Shown in pieces: positions 19,948-30,652 of a stretch of DNA of 64,000 nucleotides. The stretch comes from Nitrosopumilaceae archaeon (GTDB lineage Archaea > Thermoproteota > Nitrososphaeria > Nitrososphaerales > Nitrosopumilaceae): positions 736,001 to 800,000 of the forward strand of contig OZ242274.1 of the NCBI GenBank assembly GCA_965207375.1, read 5' to 3'. Each line of letters starts with the position of its first letter. The first letter of the stretch is position 1. The position numbers and the translations under genes are program-made. The notes under the pieces are model-generated. The model saw only the letters and a program-made list of their open reading frames with translations. It was not told the DNA's origin and searched no databases.

Positions 19948-20931
19948 CTATTTCATATACATAAAACCCAATTGATCATTTGTTCTTACTATATCCTCAT
20001 TTGTTGTTTCTAAAAGTTGCTTCTTTACCTGTATCGTATGTTTGATTTGTGCATCACAATCATCAATCTTGTGTAGTGCAACAGCTTCTGGAAAATGTGG
20101 GATTACAGGAGATCCTAACTCTTGTGATCCATGATGACTCAATATCAGATGTAGTATTTTGTTCTTCAAATCCAGAGGAAATCTTTCTAATTTGTCAATT
20201 TTGCCTTCAACCATTTTTGTGCCAATTGAGATGTGTCCCAAAAGACTTCCTTCAACAGTATAATCAATGACAGTCTTTGTTTCATATTCAAAAATTTTTC
20301 CTACATCATGAAGCATGCAACCAGCAATCATCAAATCCAAATTCAGATCAGGCTCGTATTGTTTTGCAATCGTTTTGGACATTGCTATCATACTTAGAAC
20401 GTGTTCTAACAGTCCTCCTACATAGTTATGATGATATATTTTTGCAGCAGGAGATTCTGAGTATTTTTTCATAAAATCGTCATCATCAAAAATTGATTTT
20501 AAAAGTTGTTTCATGTTATCATCTGTAATGGATTCTACGTCCTCTTTGAATTTGGAAATCATTTCAGGGATGTTTTTAGTAGTACTGATAACAAATTCTG
20601 CATAATCAAAATTTTCTTCTTTTTTTATCTCACAAGAATTTTCATTTAGGTATATTGTCAGTTTTCTGGAATAGCCATCTATTGTTGCATTGCCGCCTTT
20701 AATTGAAACAACGTCATTTACCTTAAATGATGAAAATAATTTCTTGACCGTTTCTTCATTGGGTCCTCCCCAAAATTTCACAGAAATTGTTCCCGTTTTG
20801 TCAGCAATATCGAAAGAAAACCAGAATCCGTCCTTGTTTCTATACTTGGCAGGGGCCTTTTTTGAACTAACAGCGAAATAATCATCAATAGTTTGATCTT
20901 CTTGAAGATCTTTGATATATTGAGTTTTCAT
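19948..20931 (-). CDS. YhaM-like 3'-5' exoribonuclease (OB-fold + HD domain)
   Basis: DKTGTI..KFW OB-fold; PAA..HH.Y.GGLLEH, LHDVGK, GHI, ILSHHG, PEA..LH..D motifs. Confidence 0.85.
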   Translation of the reverse strand: MKTQYIKDLQEDQTIDDYFAVSSKKAPAKYRNKDGFWFSFDIADKTGTISVKFWGGPNEETVKKLFSSFKVNDVVSIKGGNATIDGYSRKLTIYLNENSCEIKKEENFDYAEFVISTTKNIPEMISKFKEDVESITDDNMKQLLKSIFDDDDFMKKYSESPAAKIYHHNYVGGLLEHVLSMIAMSKTIAKQYEPDLNLDLMIAGCMLHDVGKIFEYETKTVIDYTVEGSLLGHISIGTKMVEGKIDKLERFPLDLKNKILHLILSHHGSQELGSPVIPHFPEAVALHKIDDCDAQIKHTIQVKKQLLETTNEDIVRTNDQLGFMYMK

Positions 20932-21074
20932 ACAAGTACTAATTATTCATAGTATTTATTTTGAATTTATCTTCTTTTCAAAAAAGAATCTTATCATGTG
21001 TCGTTAATACATTAACAATCAAGGGTATTACATTATTACCAACACCTTAAGATTCACGATCCTAATCATTTAGC

Positions 21075-21299
21075 ATGAGATTAGAAACATTGATACAAAA
21101 AGAGGCAAAACAAACAACAAAAACCAAACTTGATGAGGAACAATTTAAAATTCTAGATGAGCAATACCATCAAAATCTAGCCAATAAAGAATTAAGAGAT
21201 CAAGAGCATGAAGAATTAATTTTAGAGTATCAAACAAAACACCATCTAAGTAGAAATGATGTATTTACCAGGATTGCTAGAGATCGTTTAGAATACTAG
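21075..21299 (+). CDS. Small charged helical hypothetical protein
   Basis: 74-aa ATG ORF filling the intergenic gap; no recognised motif. Confidence 0.45.
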   Translation: MRLETLIQKEAKQTTKTKLDEEQFKILDEQYHQNLANKELRDQEHEELILEYQTKHHLSRNDVFTRIARDRLEY

Positions 21300-21425
21300 G
21301 TAAGTGTTAACGTCATCTCTAAATTTTTATTCTATCTTTTGACAGCAAAGTAATTTCATGCCTACAATTACCACAAATTCAAAACAACGTTAACAGATAC
21401 AGGAAATTTAAAGTGTGATCTTTTA

Positions 21426-21527
21426 TCATTTTTCCATCCCCTCATTGAATGATTTTAGGATTTTTGTTGCGATCATAATGCCAATTCCTATGGCACTAAT
21501 GATCAAAAGAATTTTGTTCTTACTCAT
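21426..21527 (-). CDS. Putative 33-aa single-TM peptide (MSKNKILLIISAIGIGIMIATKILKSFNEGMEK)
   Basis: Its ATG overlaps the end of ORF 21520..21873; clean hydrophobic helix flanked by Lys. Confidence 0.35.
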   Translation of the reverse strand: MSKNKILLIISAIGIGIMIATKILKSFNEGMEK

Positions 21528-21873
21528 TATTGTATTGCCTCCTGGTTTCTTTTGTAACTTGGGTGTAGCCAACATGCACGTTTGTATCCTTGTGAATTGT
21601 CTTATAATTTCTGATTTCATTACGAGGTTTAGTTGTCCCTGCAGGTTGCATATAATCAAATAGTTTATTCTGTAAAGTATATCGATGCCTTGAGAAAACA
21701 TAACCGATGCCACTTTGGAAAGAAAACGATTGATAATATGACACACATCTTTGTATTCCGTGTATCTCATGTATCACATTATTTTGTATTTTTATATTCC
21801 ATTTCAATCTGACCAGATTTTCACATGCTGTCTTTACCCCAATTGTATGTGAATTGAATCCTCTCATTTTCAA
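21520..21873 (-). CDS. Hypothetical protein coupled to the PIN gene
   Basis: Start overlaps the PIN stop codon; no recognised motif. Confidence 0.35.
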   Translation of the reverse strand: MKMRGFNSHTIGVKTACENLVRLKWNIKIQNNVIHEIHGIQRCVSYYQSFSFQSGIGYVFSRHRYTLQNKLFDYMQPAGTTKPRNEIRNYKTIHKDTNVHVGYTQVTKETRRQYNNE

Positions 21874-22286
21874 ATCCCTGCTGCCAATTTTGGATGAAAT
21901 GCTGCAACTCCAATAAATGAACTAGTCCTTAGAAGCATTTTATCAAATGTTACTAGAACAAAGTTTCTTGCCTGACACAAACTCAGAATTTTATTATCCC
22001 CGTTATGACAACTTTGAAACTGTTCTGTCAGATTGTGTGCATTTAAAACATCTTGATTATTGCTTTTAGAAAATTCCACCTTTCTTCCCAAACACAAGGT
22101 TATCTTTGAAATTATTTTTTCAGCAGAATATCCCCTTACTCTGTTTACCTCACCTAATACTATATCAGATAGGACTATTTTGATTGATTTTCCACGGAGT
22201 TTTGATTTGAGACTTTTTGCAACTTTTGGTTTTTCCATGATATCGATAACGACACAGGAATCAAGTGCGACCTTTTGTTGATTCAT
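21870..22286 (-). CDS. PIN-domain ribonuclease (VapC-like)
   Basis: ALDSCVVID, VLGEV, GD..IL, LVTFDK conserved acidic residues. Confidence 0.85.
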   Translation of the reverse strand: MNQQKVALDSCVVIDIMEKPKVAKSLKSKLRGKSIKIVLSDIVLGEVNRVRGYSAEKIISKITLCLGRKVEFSKSNNQDVLNAHNLTEQFQSCHNGDNKILSLCQARNFVLVTFDKMLLRTSSFIGVAAFHPKLAAGI

Positions 22287-22316
22287 GATACGAATTAGAC
22301 TAGGAGGTTATTATAT

Positions 22317-22339
22317 TATATAACAATACTATGCATACT
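22317..22339. promoter_or_regulatory. 23-bp motif TATATAACAATACTATGCATACT, copy 1, upstream of the PIN gene
   Basis: Identical to 23052-23074; contains a TATA-like box and an ATGCAT palindromic core. Confidence 0.65.
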
Positions 22340-22709
22340 TTACATACTAATTAACATGCTAGACAAGTATAACAGTATAGTTTCACTGCTGTTTGCATAT
22401 GAAATTGTATAACCTGTCACAGATTCGAGTCCAAAAATTCATGGGTAGATGCCATACCCTTATCAAGCAAAGGATTTGAAAACAATATAAAAAATGCAAC
22501 ATCAGTTTGGTAGAGCCAGTCCCTACACAGGACGATATCAATGTACAGTTACCAAACTGTACCAGACCACAATCTATTCTGTACAGATACAGTCTTGTTA
22601 GATGTAAATTATACAAGTATCTCTTTTGTACATTCAACCCAGATACACAGGCATATGCCCAATTAGTTAATCTATATTCTAACAATCTACATCGCCAGAA
22701 TCCTGCTGT

Positions 22710-22964
22710 TCATCTACGCCTGTATCTAAAACCCCATTTGTGACGCCTCAGATATCTCTCCACATCTCTTTCGGATTTTTTCTTGTTTCTGTAGAATTTT
22801 TTCGGATCACCTTTGCCATATTTTACATATTTTGGATCACAGTCCTCATGAATCTTTTTGTGACATTTGTCGCATACGGGAATTATTTTTTGTGGAAAGT
22901 AGGTGATGTGATGAAATATCGTGGCCACATCTTTGCACAGTTTGCATTTTCCCTTGTTTTCCAT
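22710..22964 (-). CDS. Small zinc-binding HNH-like protein
   Basis: CKLC...HHITY...VCDKCH..IH signature and a basic tail. Confidence 0.65.
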   Translation of the reverse strand: MENKGKCKLCKDVATIFHHITYFPQKIIPVCDKCHKKIHEDCDPKYVKYGKGDPKKFYRNKKKSERDVERYLRRHKWGFRYRRR

Positions 22965-23051
22965 TTGATACTTACCAAGTTTTTTGTATCTGTGAAATGA
23001 GTTTTGGTTCTATTTGTTGTTTATTCTATTCAGTTGTCTGAAAAATTATTA

Positions 23052-23074
23052 TATATAACAATACTATGCATACT
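23052..23074. promoter_or_regulatory. 23-bp motif copy 2, covering the TATA box and start region of the CARF-like regulator
   Basis: Identical to 22317-22339; preceded by an A-rich BRE-like run; a GTG alternative start follows at 23075. Confidence 0.65.
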
Positions 23075-23809
23075 GTGTCTGGTGAAAATCTGCGTATACA
23101 CATTGCCCCTGTAGGTTATGAAGTTGACAGGATTGTACTTTCTGCAAAAGAGAAAAAGGCAGACAGAGTCTATCTGTTGGTTCATGAGAATCCTAGTGCA
23201 GACAAGGCAGTCTCATTTTATGATCAAATTTCAAAAGAACTAGAAAAGCTAAACATCGAGGTAATAAGGCAATACCATGACAGATTGGACCTGTTTAAGA
23301 TAATAAAATCAATCAAAGAAATCATCGATAAAGAAAAGGGAAACATCATCTATGTGAACCTAGCAGCAGGAAGCAAGATTCAGGCAATAGCAGGCATGAT
23401 GGCATGCATGATGTTCAATGACAATCAAAATGTTCATCCATTTTATGTAGAGGCGCAAAATTATACAAGATTTTCAGGAAAGCCGATATCTACTGGAATC
23501 AAAGAAATACAGACTATGCCAACCTATGAAATCAAAAAGCCTCAACCAAAACACATTGCCGCATTGAAAATAATCAAAGAAAATGGGGGCAGAATTTCCA
23601 AAAAAGAGATGGCAGAGCTTGCAAAAAAAGAAAAGCTGATTATAGTAAACGCTGAAAATCCAAACCAGGCCACCTTTGCAAGCCTGGACAAAAACATCAT
23701 TGATGTACTAGAAAATCAATGGCATTTTGTAAGGGTAGAAAAAATCGGCAGAACCAGATGGATAAACATTACAAAAGATGGCAAAAATGCCACAGAATTT
23801 TTAATCTGA
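23066..23809 (+). CDS. CARF-like Rossmann + winged-HTH transcriptional regulator (DUF6293/HFX_2341, Csa3-like architecture)
   Basis: RIHIAPVGYEVDRI, DRVYLL, IYVNLAAGSKIQAI motifs; C-terminal wHTH (ISKKEMAE...EKIGRTRWINITKDG). True start may be GTG 23075. Confidence 0.75.
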   Translation: MHTVSGENLRIHIAPVGYEVDRIVLSAKEKKADRVYLLVHENPSADKAVSFYDQISKELEKLNIEVIRQYHDRLDLFKIIKSIKEIIDKEKGNIIYVNLAAGSKIQAIAGMMACMMFNDNQNVHPFYVEAQNYTRFSGKPISTGIKEIQTMPTYEIKKPQPKHIAALKIIKENGGRISKKEMAELAKKEKLIIVNAENPNQATFASLDKNIIDVLENQWHFVRVEKIGRTRWINITKDGKNATEFLI

Positions 23810-24247
23810 TTTTTTAGGTGTCATGGGTTACATCTATTGAAAATATTTCATATCCTCCTAACTTGTTATAGTAGACCTCATGCACAATTGATCAATTCAA
23901 AATAAAATTTTCAAATAAAGGCTAAAAATTAAGCATTTTTAATTCAAGATTTGATTATGCATAAGATCTAGTAATCAAATTTTATACGTGATAGACTCTT
24001 GTTAAACTCGACCATTGCGTTCAAAACAATATCTTCCACGCGTAATCCTTTTTTCTTACTATAATTCTCTGCTAGATTTTATTCCTGTGCCTAATCATGC
24101 CGATTTTATGTTGTGTGAGAATTTTTGTGCGTCGCTACATGCACGTATATCAAATCAACTTAGAGCCTCCACCAGATATTGCAGCGGATTCTGTGTTGCC
24201 TGTGGGTTAATTGACATTTTTATACACGATTAACATTACTAGTAGAA

Positions 24248-25108
24248 ATGGCTGAAAATATGATTTTTAGAAAAAAGGGGATTAAGATAGATGCCAGAAA
24301 AGAATACGCAATTCCAACAGATAGTGAAAAGGGATTTCCACTATTAGAGTTAACTGAAGAATATTTTAGTTTTAATGATTTAGTAATTTCTACAGATATT
24401 AAAGAAAGATTAGAATATGTAATTGCAGAAAACCAAAATCTAAAAAGATTAAGAGCGTTTGGATTAAATCCGAAACAAAAAATTCTCTTTTGTGGTCTTC
24501 CGGGAACCGGAAAAACACTTGGAGCAAGAATTATGAGTAGTGTAATCGGATATCCCTTTGTTTATGTGTTATTTGACTCAATTTTATCCTCTTTTTTAGG
24601 ACAAACAGCAACTAACCTTAGAAAGATCTTTGATTTTATTGAACAGGGGAAATTCGTAGTATTATTTGATGAATTCGATATTGTTGGGAAAAAACGTGAT
24701 GACCCACAAGAACATGGTGAAGTAAAACGAATAGTAAATAATTTTATGCAGATGATAGACAGATATGATGGAAACAGCATACTGATTGCTGCCACAAACC
24801 ACCCGCAATTATTAGACACTGCAATATGGAGGCGCTTTGACGAAGTGATAGAATTCAAACATCCTACAAAGCAACAACGAATAGAATTATTTGAAAAATA
24901 CTTGGGAGTGTTAAAGAAGAAAGAAGATCTAGATATAGGATTATTAGCAAAATTAACAGTAAAATATTCGGCTGCCGATATTGCCACTATATGTGAAGAC
25001 GCACTACGACGTAATGTCATTTGTGGCAAATCTGCGATAAAAAATGAAGATGTCATTTGGGCTATAAAAGAACAGAGACGTAGAAAAGGCATTATGTTAA
25101 GAGTGTGA
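24248..25108 (+). CDS. AAA+ ATPase, IetA-like partner of the S8 protease
   Basis: Walker A GLPGTGKT, Walker B VLFDEFD, AATNHPQLLDTAIWRRFD; 4 bp from the S8 gene. Confidence 0.9.
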   Translation: MAENMIFRKKGIKIDARKEYAIPTDSEKGFPLLELTEEYFSFNDLVISTDIKERLEYVIAENQNLKRLRAFGLNPKQKILFCGLPGTGKTLGARIMSSVIGYPFVYVLFDSILSSFLGQTATNLRKIFDFIEQGKFVVLFDEFDIVGKKRDDPQEHGEVKRIVNNFMQMIDRYDGNSILIAATNHPQLLDTAIWRRFDEVIEFKHPTKQQRIELFEKYLGVLKKKEDLDIGLLAKLTVKYSAADIATICEDALRRNVICGKSAIKNEDVIWAIKEQRRRKGIMLRV

Positions 25109-26808
25109 ACCCTTGTCTGACACCCATGAGCATTTAGATCTTCCAACCAACGATAAATCATTCAAAAGAGAAATTCACGGTTTCGGCAGATATGACCCAC
25201 AAAAAAATATTAAAGATTTTGCTAAAAAACAAATTAAAAATTTAGATAATATAGGAAAAGAATTCACAAAGATCGATCAATTTCCAGATTATAATCAAGA
25301 ATTGGTGTTTAAAGTAAAGACATCACAAAAGGTAAACGAAAATGAGTTTAGAAAGAGATTGAATGGAGTAGATTGTGAAACCATAACCTCATCTGTAGGA
25401 AAAAATGCTGAATGGATAGTATCTACATCTGATTCTGAATTTGCTGCATTAAAAGATAAAATCAATGTACGTGTAAAAAATGATAAAGTAAATTTCATAG
25501 ATGGAATTTCAGATTTTAAAAAAATAACCTTTCAAGATAAACTCGGTGAAAGGCTCTTAGAAGAACCGTTAGGTTCTATAGAAAAGGCAAGGATTGTAAT
25601 TAGTTTAAGTAAAAAAGAATCTGATCATAATGATGAAAAATTAAAAAGTTCTGTAAGGCTGATCGAAAATTTGGCAAAAGAAAATGATTTGGGAATCTAT
25701 GACAAACTAATTACCAAAAATATCTGTCTTATTTTATTGGACTGCACATTGCATTTTGCAAAAATAATTTCAAGAATAGATATAGTTGAAAAAATAGATC
25801 GTCCGCCTACGTTTACTCTTGAGAAAATGGTAAATGAACCCATCGAGATTCCAGGTAACATGGTGCCTCCAAATCAAAATGATCATGGAATTTTAGTTAT
25901 GGATTCGGGGATAATCCTTCATCCATTACTAGAAAGTGCAGTTGATCAAAATGATGGAATTGTTGGATTACCTGATAGAAATAGAGAGGATGAACGAAGA
26001 CATGGGACCATGGTGGGTGGAATTGCACTATATGGGGACATCGAAGAAAGATTATCCAACAAAGATTTTAGTGCAGATGTGTGGATTTATTCGTCCAAGG
26101 TATTCTATGAATCAAATAACAAAATAATTCCAGATGAGAGATTAATTGAAGCAAAAATAAAGGATGGGTTGAGGGATATTAAAGAGAAATTTCCAAGATG
26201 CAGAGTGGTCAACATATCTTTTGGCAGTGATAATAAAATCATGCAGGAAGGAAAAAAGCAGTTTGAATTAGCAGTATTGATTGATGATTTGGCAAAAGAA
26301 TACGAAGATACGGTATTTGTAATATCTGCAGGAAACATCAAACTAGAACATCATAAACAATATCCCAATTACCTACTAGCAGATAATCCAGAATACAAAA
26401 TAGGTGATCCTGCCACGTCGATTCATGCAATTTCAGTAGGAGCTGTTCAAAAATTTGGAGATTGGACAAATCAACCGTCAAATCTGACAAAAACCGGCCC
26501 TGGGCTTAACGGAATGATCAAGCCTGATTTTGTAGAAAATGGTGGAGGGTTTAACGAAAACATTATCGTATTGAATCCGAATTATGGGCAGCGCTTGTTT
26601 ACATTGAATAGTGGTACAAGTTTTAGTGCCCCAAAAATAGCCAATTATTTTGCAAGGTTATTTAATAAATTTCCAAAATATGATAGAAATCTTGTCACGG
26701 CACTGTTGATCTCATCTGCTAAAATTCCAGAACAGAGACCGGCTTTATTTCCAAAAATTAAATCAAATACAACAGCTGATGAATGGTCAAAAATTACAAG
26801 TGTTTATG

Positions 26809-27890
26809 AGATGTGATTCGTAATTAGCAAATTTCCCTAAATTTCACGCCTAGCAATACCAAAAAGATCCAAATATCACCCGAATCTACCACAACTCATG
26901 ATGTCCTATGAAAAACTGGTAAAAAATACCAGAAGATTTCGTGCCATAACAGGCATGTCTACCAAAGAATTTGATTTGTTGGTATCTAAGGTGGAAAAAA
27001 AGTATCCAAGAGCAGAAAAAAAGAGACTCTCTAGAGAAAACAGAGTGCGCGCAATAGGTGCAGGCCGCAGATTCGCATTAAATGTACGAGACCAGGTGAT
27101 GCTACTTTTGTTTTACTATCGTACATACTGCACACAAGATGTAGCAGCAGTCATGTTTGAAATAGGACAAGCATCAGTATCGCGCTCTATTACCCATATA
27201 GAGCCCATCCTCAAACTATGCATTCCTATACCTTCCAAAATACATGACAAGATGCAAAGAATTTCCTCCATAGAGGAATTAGAAGAGATTCTTCCAGGTC
27301 TTAGATGTCTTGTTGATGCCTCAGAACAGAAAATACAAAGACCAGGACGCAAGGACATGGAAAAGTCTCACTATTCGGGCAAAGCAGGAGCGCACACCTC
27401 TAAGATACAATATACGACTAACACGCATGGACTAATCGTGCACAAGACACGTCATTCACCCGGAAAAGTACATGACGTTACAGTATACAAGAAAAAACCT
27501 CCAACATTTCCAGAGAAAATACCTGATGAAGCACAGGTCACCATATATGCAGACAGAGGATACCAAGGGGCACCTGAGGTTCCCGGAGGGACACTGTGCA
27601 CCCCAATCAAAAAGAAAAAGGGTGCAAAGCTCACAGAAGGGCAAAAAGAATACAACAAAATCCACTCAAAGATTCGTGTATATGTAGAACATGCAATACG
27701 CAGGGTCAAAACATGGCGTATTATGGGAAACGTATACAGGAATCCACTCATAAAATACGACCGGATCAATGATATTGTGTGCGGTTTGGTAAACCGCAGC
27801 ATATTGTGGCGGTTAGATCAGATGGCCTGACTGAAACAGGGCATCTGGATGGCAGTAGGCACGCATAAAAAATAATTACGGATCACCTCT
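26809..27890 (+). mobile_element. IS5-family (ISL2/DDE_Tnp_4-like) insertion sequence, copy 1, 1082 bp
   Basis: Ends AGATGTGATTCGTAATTA and TAATTACGGATCACCTCT; 3-bp TSD ATG at 26806-26808 and 27891-27893. Confidence 0.9.
26898..27830 (+). CDS. IS5-family transposase (HTH_Tnp_4 + DDE_Tnp_4-like)
   Basis: LVDASE, YSGK, HD, YADRGYQG, RVYVEHAI motifs. Confidence 0.9.
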   Translation: MMSYEKLVKNTRRFRAITGMSTKEFDLLVSKVEKKYPRAEKKRLSRENRVRAIGAGRRFALNVRDQVMLLLFYYRTYCTQDVAAVMFEIGQASVSRSITHIEPILKLCIPIPSKIHDKMQRISSIEELEEILPGLRCLVDASEQKIQRPGRKDMEKSHYSGKAGAHTSKIQYTTNTHGLIVHKTRHSPGKVHDVTVYKKKPPTFPEKIPDEAQVTIYADRGYQGAPEVPGGTLCTPIKKKKGAKLTEGQKEYNKIHSKIRVYVEHAIRRVKTWRIMGNVYRNPLIKYDRINDIVCGLVNRSILWRLDQMA

Positions 27891-28717
27891 ATGGTTTTGG
27901 AGTACCAAACTTGGAAAATTCGCTATATTCTGATGATGACAGAGTAGTAATGAAATATACGGGAAGAATCAAGATGAAACAAGTAAAATATTTTACAATT
28001 AACCTTCCTGATGAATTTGTTCAGAAACTAGGTAAACGGGAAATCTCGGTTTCATTGGTATATGATCCGCCTGTACGAAAAACTAGAGCGGATTATTTTG
28101 GTGTACAAATGGAATTCCATTTGTTTAAAAATCATACATTAAAAAATGTGATGAAAAAATACAATTTACTTGATTTGGACAGTACTGAAGAAGAGAAGGT
28201 ACCAAAAGAATTAGATACATCTGAAATTATTTTAAAACCAAAAATAAAATTGCGAAAAAAGAGTAATCATCAAAAAGGAACACGGGTTTTATCTATTCGT
28301 TCAAAGATAGACAATCAATATCCACTAGTGTTAGCAGTGATATCTCAACAAAGATGGGAATTAGGAGATGATTTCGAACAGAATTTTGCAGTTGTTGTAA
28401 CATTGAAACATGAAGCATCTATTGATCTATATAATAAGATAATGTTACATAATCAAACGCGAGTTAGAGTATAGCAATTATCATAATTGTTAATCTGATT
28501 TTTATTCAAGTATTTGTAATGGTTTTTTTGCATTAATTGTTGGCAAGAGATGATTCTGCTATAGCAAATTGTGCATAGATATACTGAGAATTTGTGCCCA
28601 AATTTTTACAAATCATCTCTTAGGTATACTGAATCTGGTCAATTCGGAAAAGTCTGTATATTGACTCTATCAACAATTACTCCAAAACAATACAAATCAG
28701 TATCATCATCAAAAACC

Positions 28718-30330
28718 ATGGATTACAGCATGGTGCAATCTGCGCACATATACAACGGCACCATCGAGGACACCTTCACCAGAACCTCCAGATACACGGT
28801 GACAGTTACCGATAATTCTGACAACATGTAGTGCAGATGTGTTAGCCAGTACAGCCATGGCAGATACTGCAAGCATAGTTTCTGTGCTCTTGTATGTTTG
28901 TAACACCGCACACAAAATGTACGGATAGAGTTAAACAACATTGCAGCAAACACACTTTATGTTTGCAACATCGCACACAGAATGTACAGAGGCAAGATCA
29001 AATGCGTGACAGTATCAGAAACGCCTTAAACGCTGTCACAGAGGATCAAATAAGAGAATTTCTTGCCGAAGAGATGGAAAACAACAAAGAGCTACTAGAA
29101 AGGTTTACAGTCGTATTTGGTGCAAGGCGGGGCCCTAGAACTGATTATCGCACCATGGCAGAATCCATATACGGCGAATATACAACAGGACGCTATGACC
29201 TAATTCCATATGGGACAGATATTGATTTTGACAGGATAACAAGGCTTGCAAGCGCACACGAGAAAAAAAAAGACTATGAAGAGGCGATAAGAGCTTACAG
29301 GGAGCTTTCAGAAGTGATTGCAAAAAATATGGACATGGTAGATGACTCTGACGGATACTATGGTATGTATTTTTCTGATTCTATAGACGGCATGGTAAAG
29401 TGCATAAACAAACCGGGTGTCATAAAGCAACGACACATAAAATACATGTTTGAAAAGTTCATGCTAAAGGAACCAGACTATTTTGCAGACGATTACGAAG
29501 ATGCACTAGGCAAAATATGCACCACTGCAAACGATCTTGCCTACTGGGAGAAATTACTAGATCTCCACATTCCAGACACACTACCAGATAATGATGATAC
29601 GTACTGGAGTGGCAAGTATGATGCAGCAAGGCTAATCATGATGAAGATCACCATACTTGAGAGGACAGGGAGCCCGGCGCTGACAGACATACTTGCAAAG
29701 CATTACCGCAATGACCATAATATATGCACTGCATACATTGCACACCTAAAGAAGAAAGACAAGCAGGCAGCAATGCGCATTGCCGAAGAGGGCGCAAAAC
29801 TGTTTCCACAGATAAAGGAAATCAGGGACATTTTGCACGGCATGTACAAAAAGACAGATCCTAGATACGCAAAGTCTCTGCGTCGTATCTTTTTACAAGA
29901 CGGCAGTTGGAATCATTACGACAAGCTTAAGAAGATATCTGGTGACTGGGACGGTGAACTAAAGTCAATAATAAAAGAACTTAGACGTGAGGGCAACCAC
30001 TATATGCTGATCGAAATATTTCTACGGGAGCACATGATAGATATGGCAAAAAAGCTGATCCTGCAATGTGATGACCTGTATATCTTAGAAGAGTATCACG
30101 ACAACGTATGTAAACTGTACCCTGAGAAATACCACGCAGCATACAGGAAACACATAGACAGTATTGCCAAAGGTGTACACGGCAGGAGTAGCTACAGGGA
30201 TGTGAAAGAACACCTCAAGATGATGAAAACAGTACCTGGTCACAAAAAGGAGTTTAAGGAGTTTGTAGAGTACCTCAGAGAGCGGCATGCAAGACAGCCT
30301 GCATTTTTGGATGAGCTGAAACGACTCTGA
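28718..30330 (+). pseudogene. SWIM zinc-finger family protein with a disrupted N-terminus; helical C-terminal part open (28894..30330)
   Basis: Frame from ATG 28718 reads ..RYTVTVTDNSDNM*CRCVSQYSHGRYCKH.., a CxC..CxH SWIM motif broken by a TAG. A further stop and a frame change precede the large ORF with VDDSDG and RQPAF.DEL motifs. Confidence 0.65.
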
Positions 30331-30652
30331 TCTGTGAGTAAAGATGTGGTGCAAAACTCCGCTAGAAGGGGAGCCTGCACTGTCGTGATACATTTGGATC
30401 ATTTAGACAAACGATTCTTTAAAAAACGGTTAAATTTTTTTCATCCATGACTTATACCAATTCAGAGAAAATCCGTATTATGGCTTTTTACCAAACTAAT
30501 GCAAAAGAATCTTGTGCAGCATATCTTGAAAAGATCATCAATATCTCGAGAGGAATTTGCAGATAATCCCAAGGCGAACTTTTGTGATACCGCAGTATCT
30601 AATAGGTTTTCAAAAGTTTTAAAAAGATTTGATCTTGTAAGAAATTACCGAA

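Larger units (their letters stand above)
25113..28474 (+). pseudogene. IetS-like S8 serine protease interrupted by an IS (758 aa when reconstructed)
   Basis: Catalytic motifs MDSG, HGT, SAGN, GTSFSAP. Joining 26808 to 27894 restores ...SVYGFGVPNLENSLYSDDD... in frame with ORF 27911..28474. Confidence 0.92.

Noticed and set aside
22383-22743. Overlapping ORFs 22383..22685 (-) and 22507..22743 (+)
   Set aside because: No motifs and weak starts; possibly decayed sequence.
22317-23074. CRISPR array suggested by the 23-bp repeat near a CARF-like gene
   Set aside because: Only two copies 735 bp apart, and no cas genes.
24562-25161. 199-aa antisense ORF, and similar shadows such as 32093..32650 and 55914..56522
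   Set aside because: They lie antisense to well-supported genes and have no motifs of their own.
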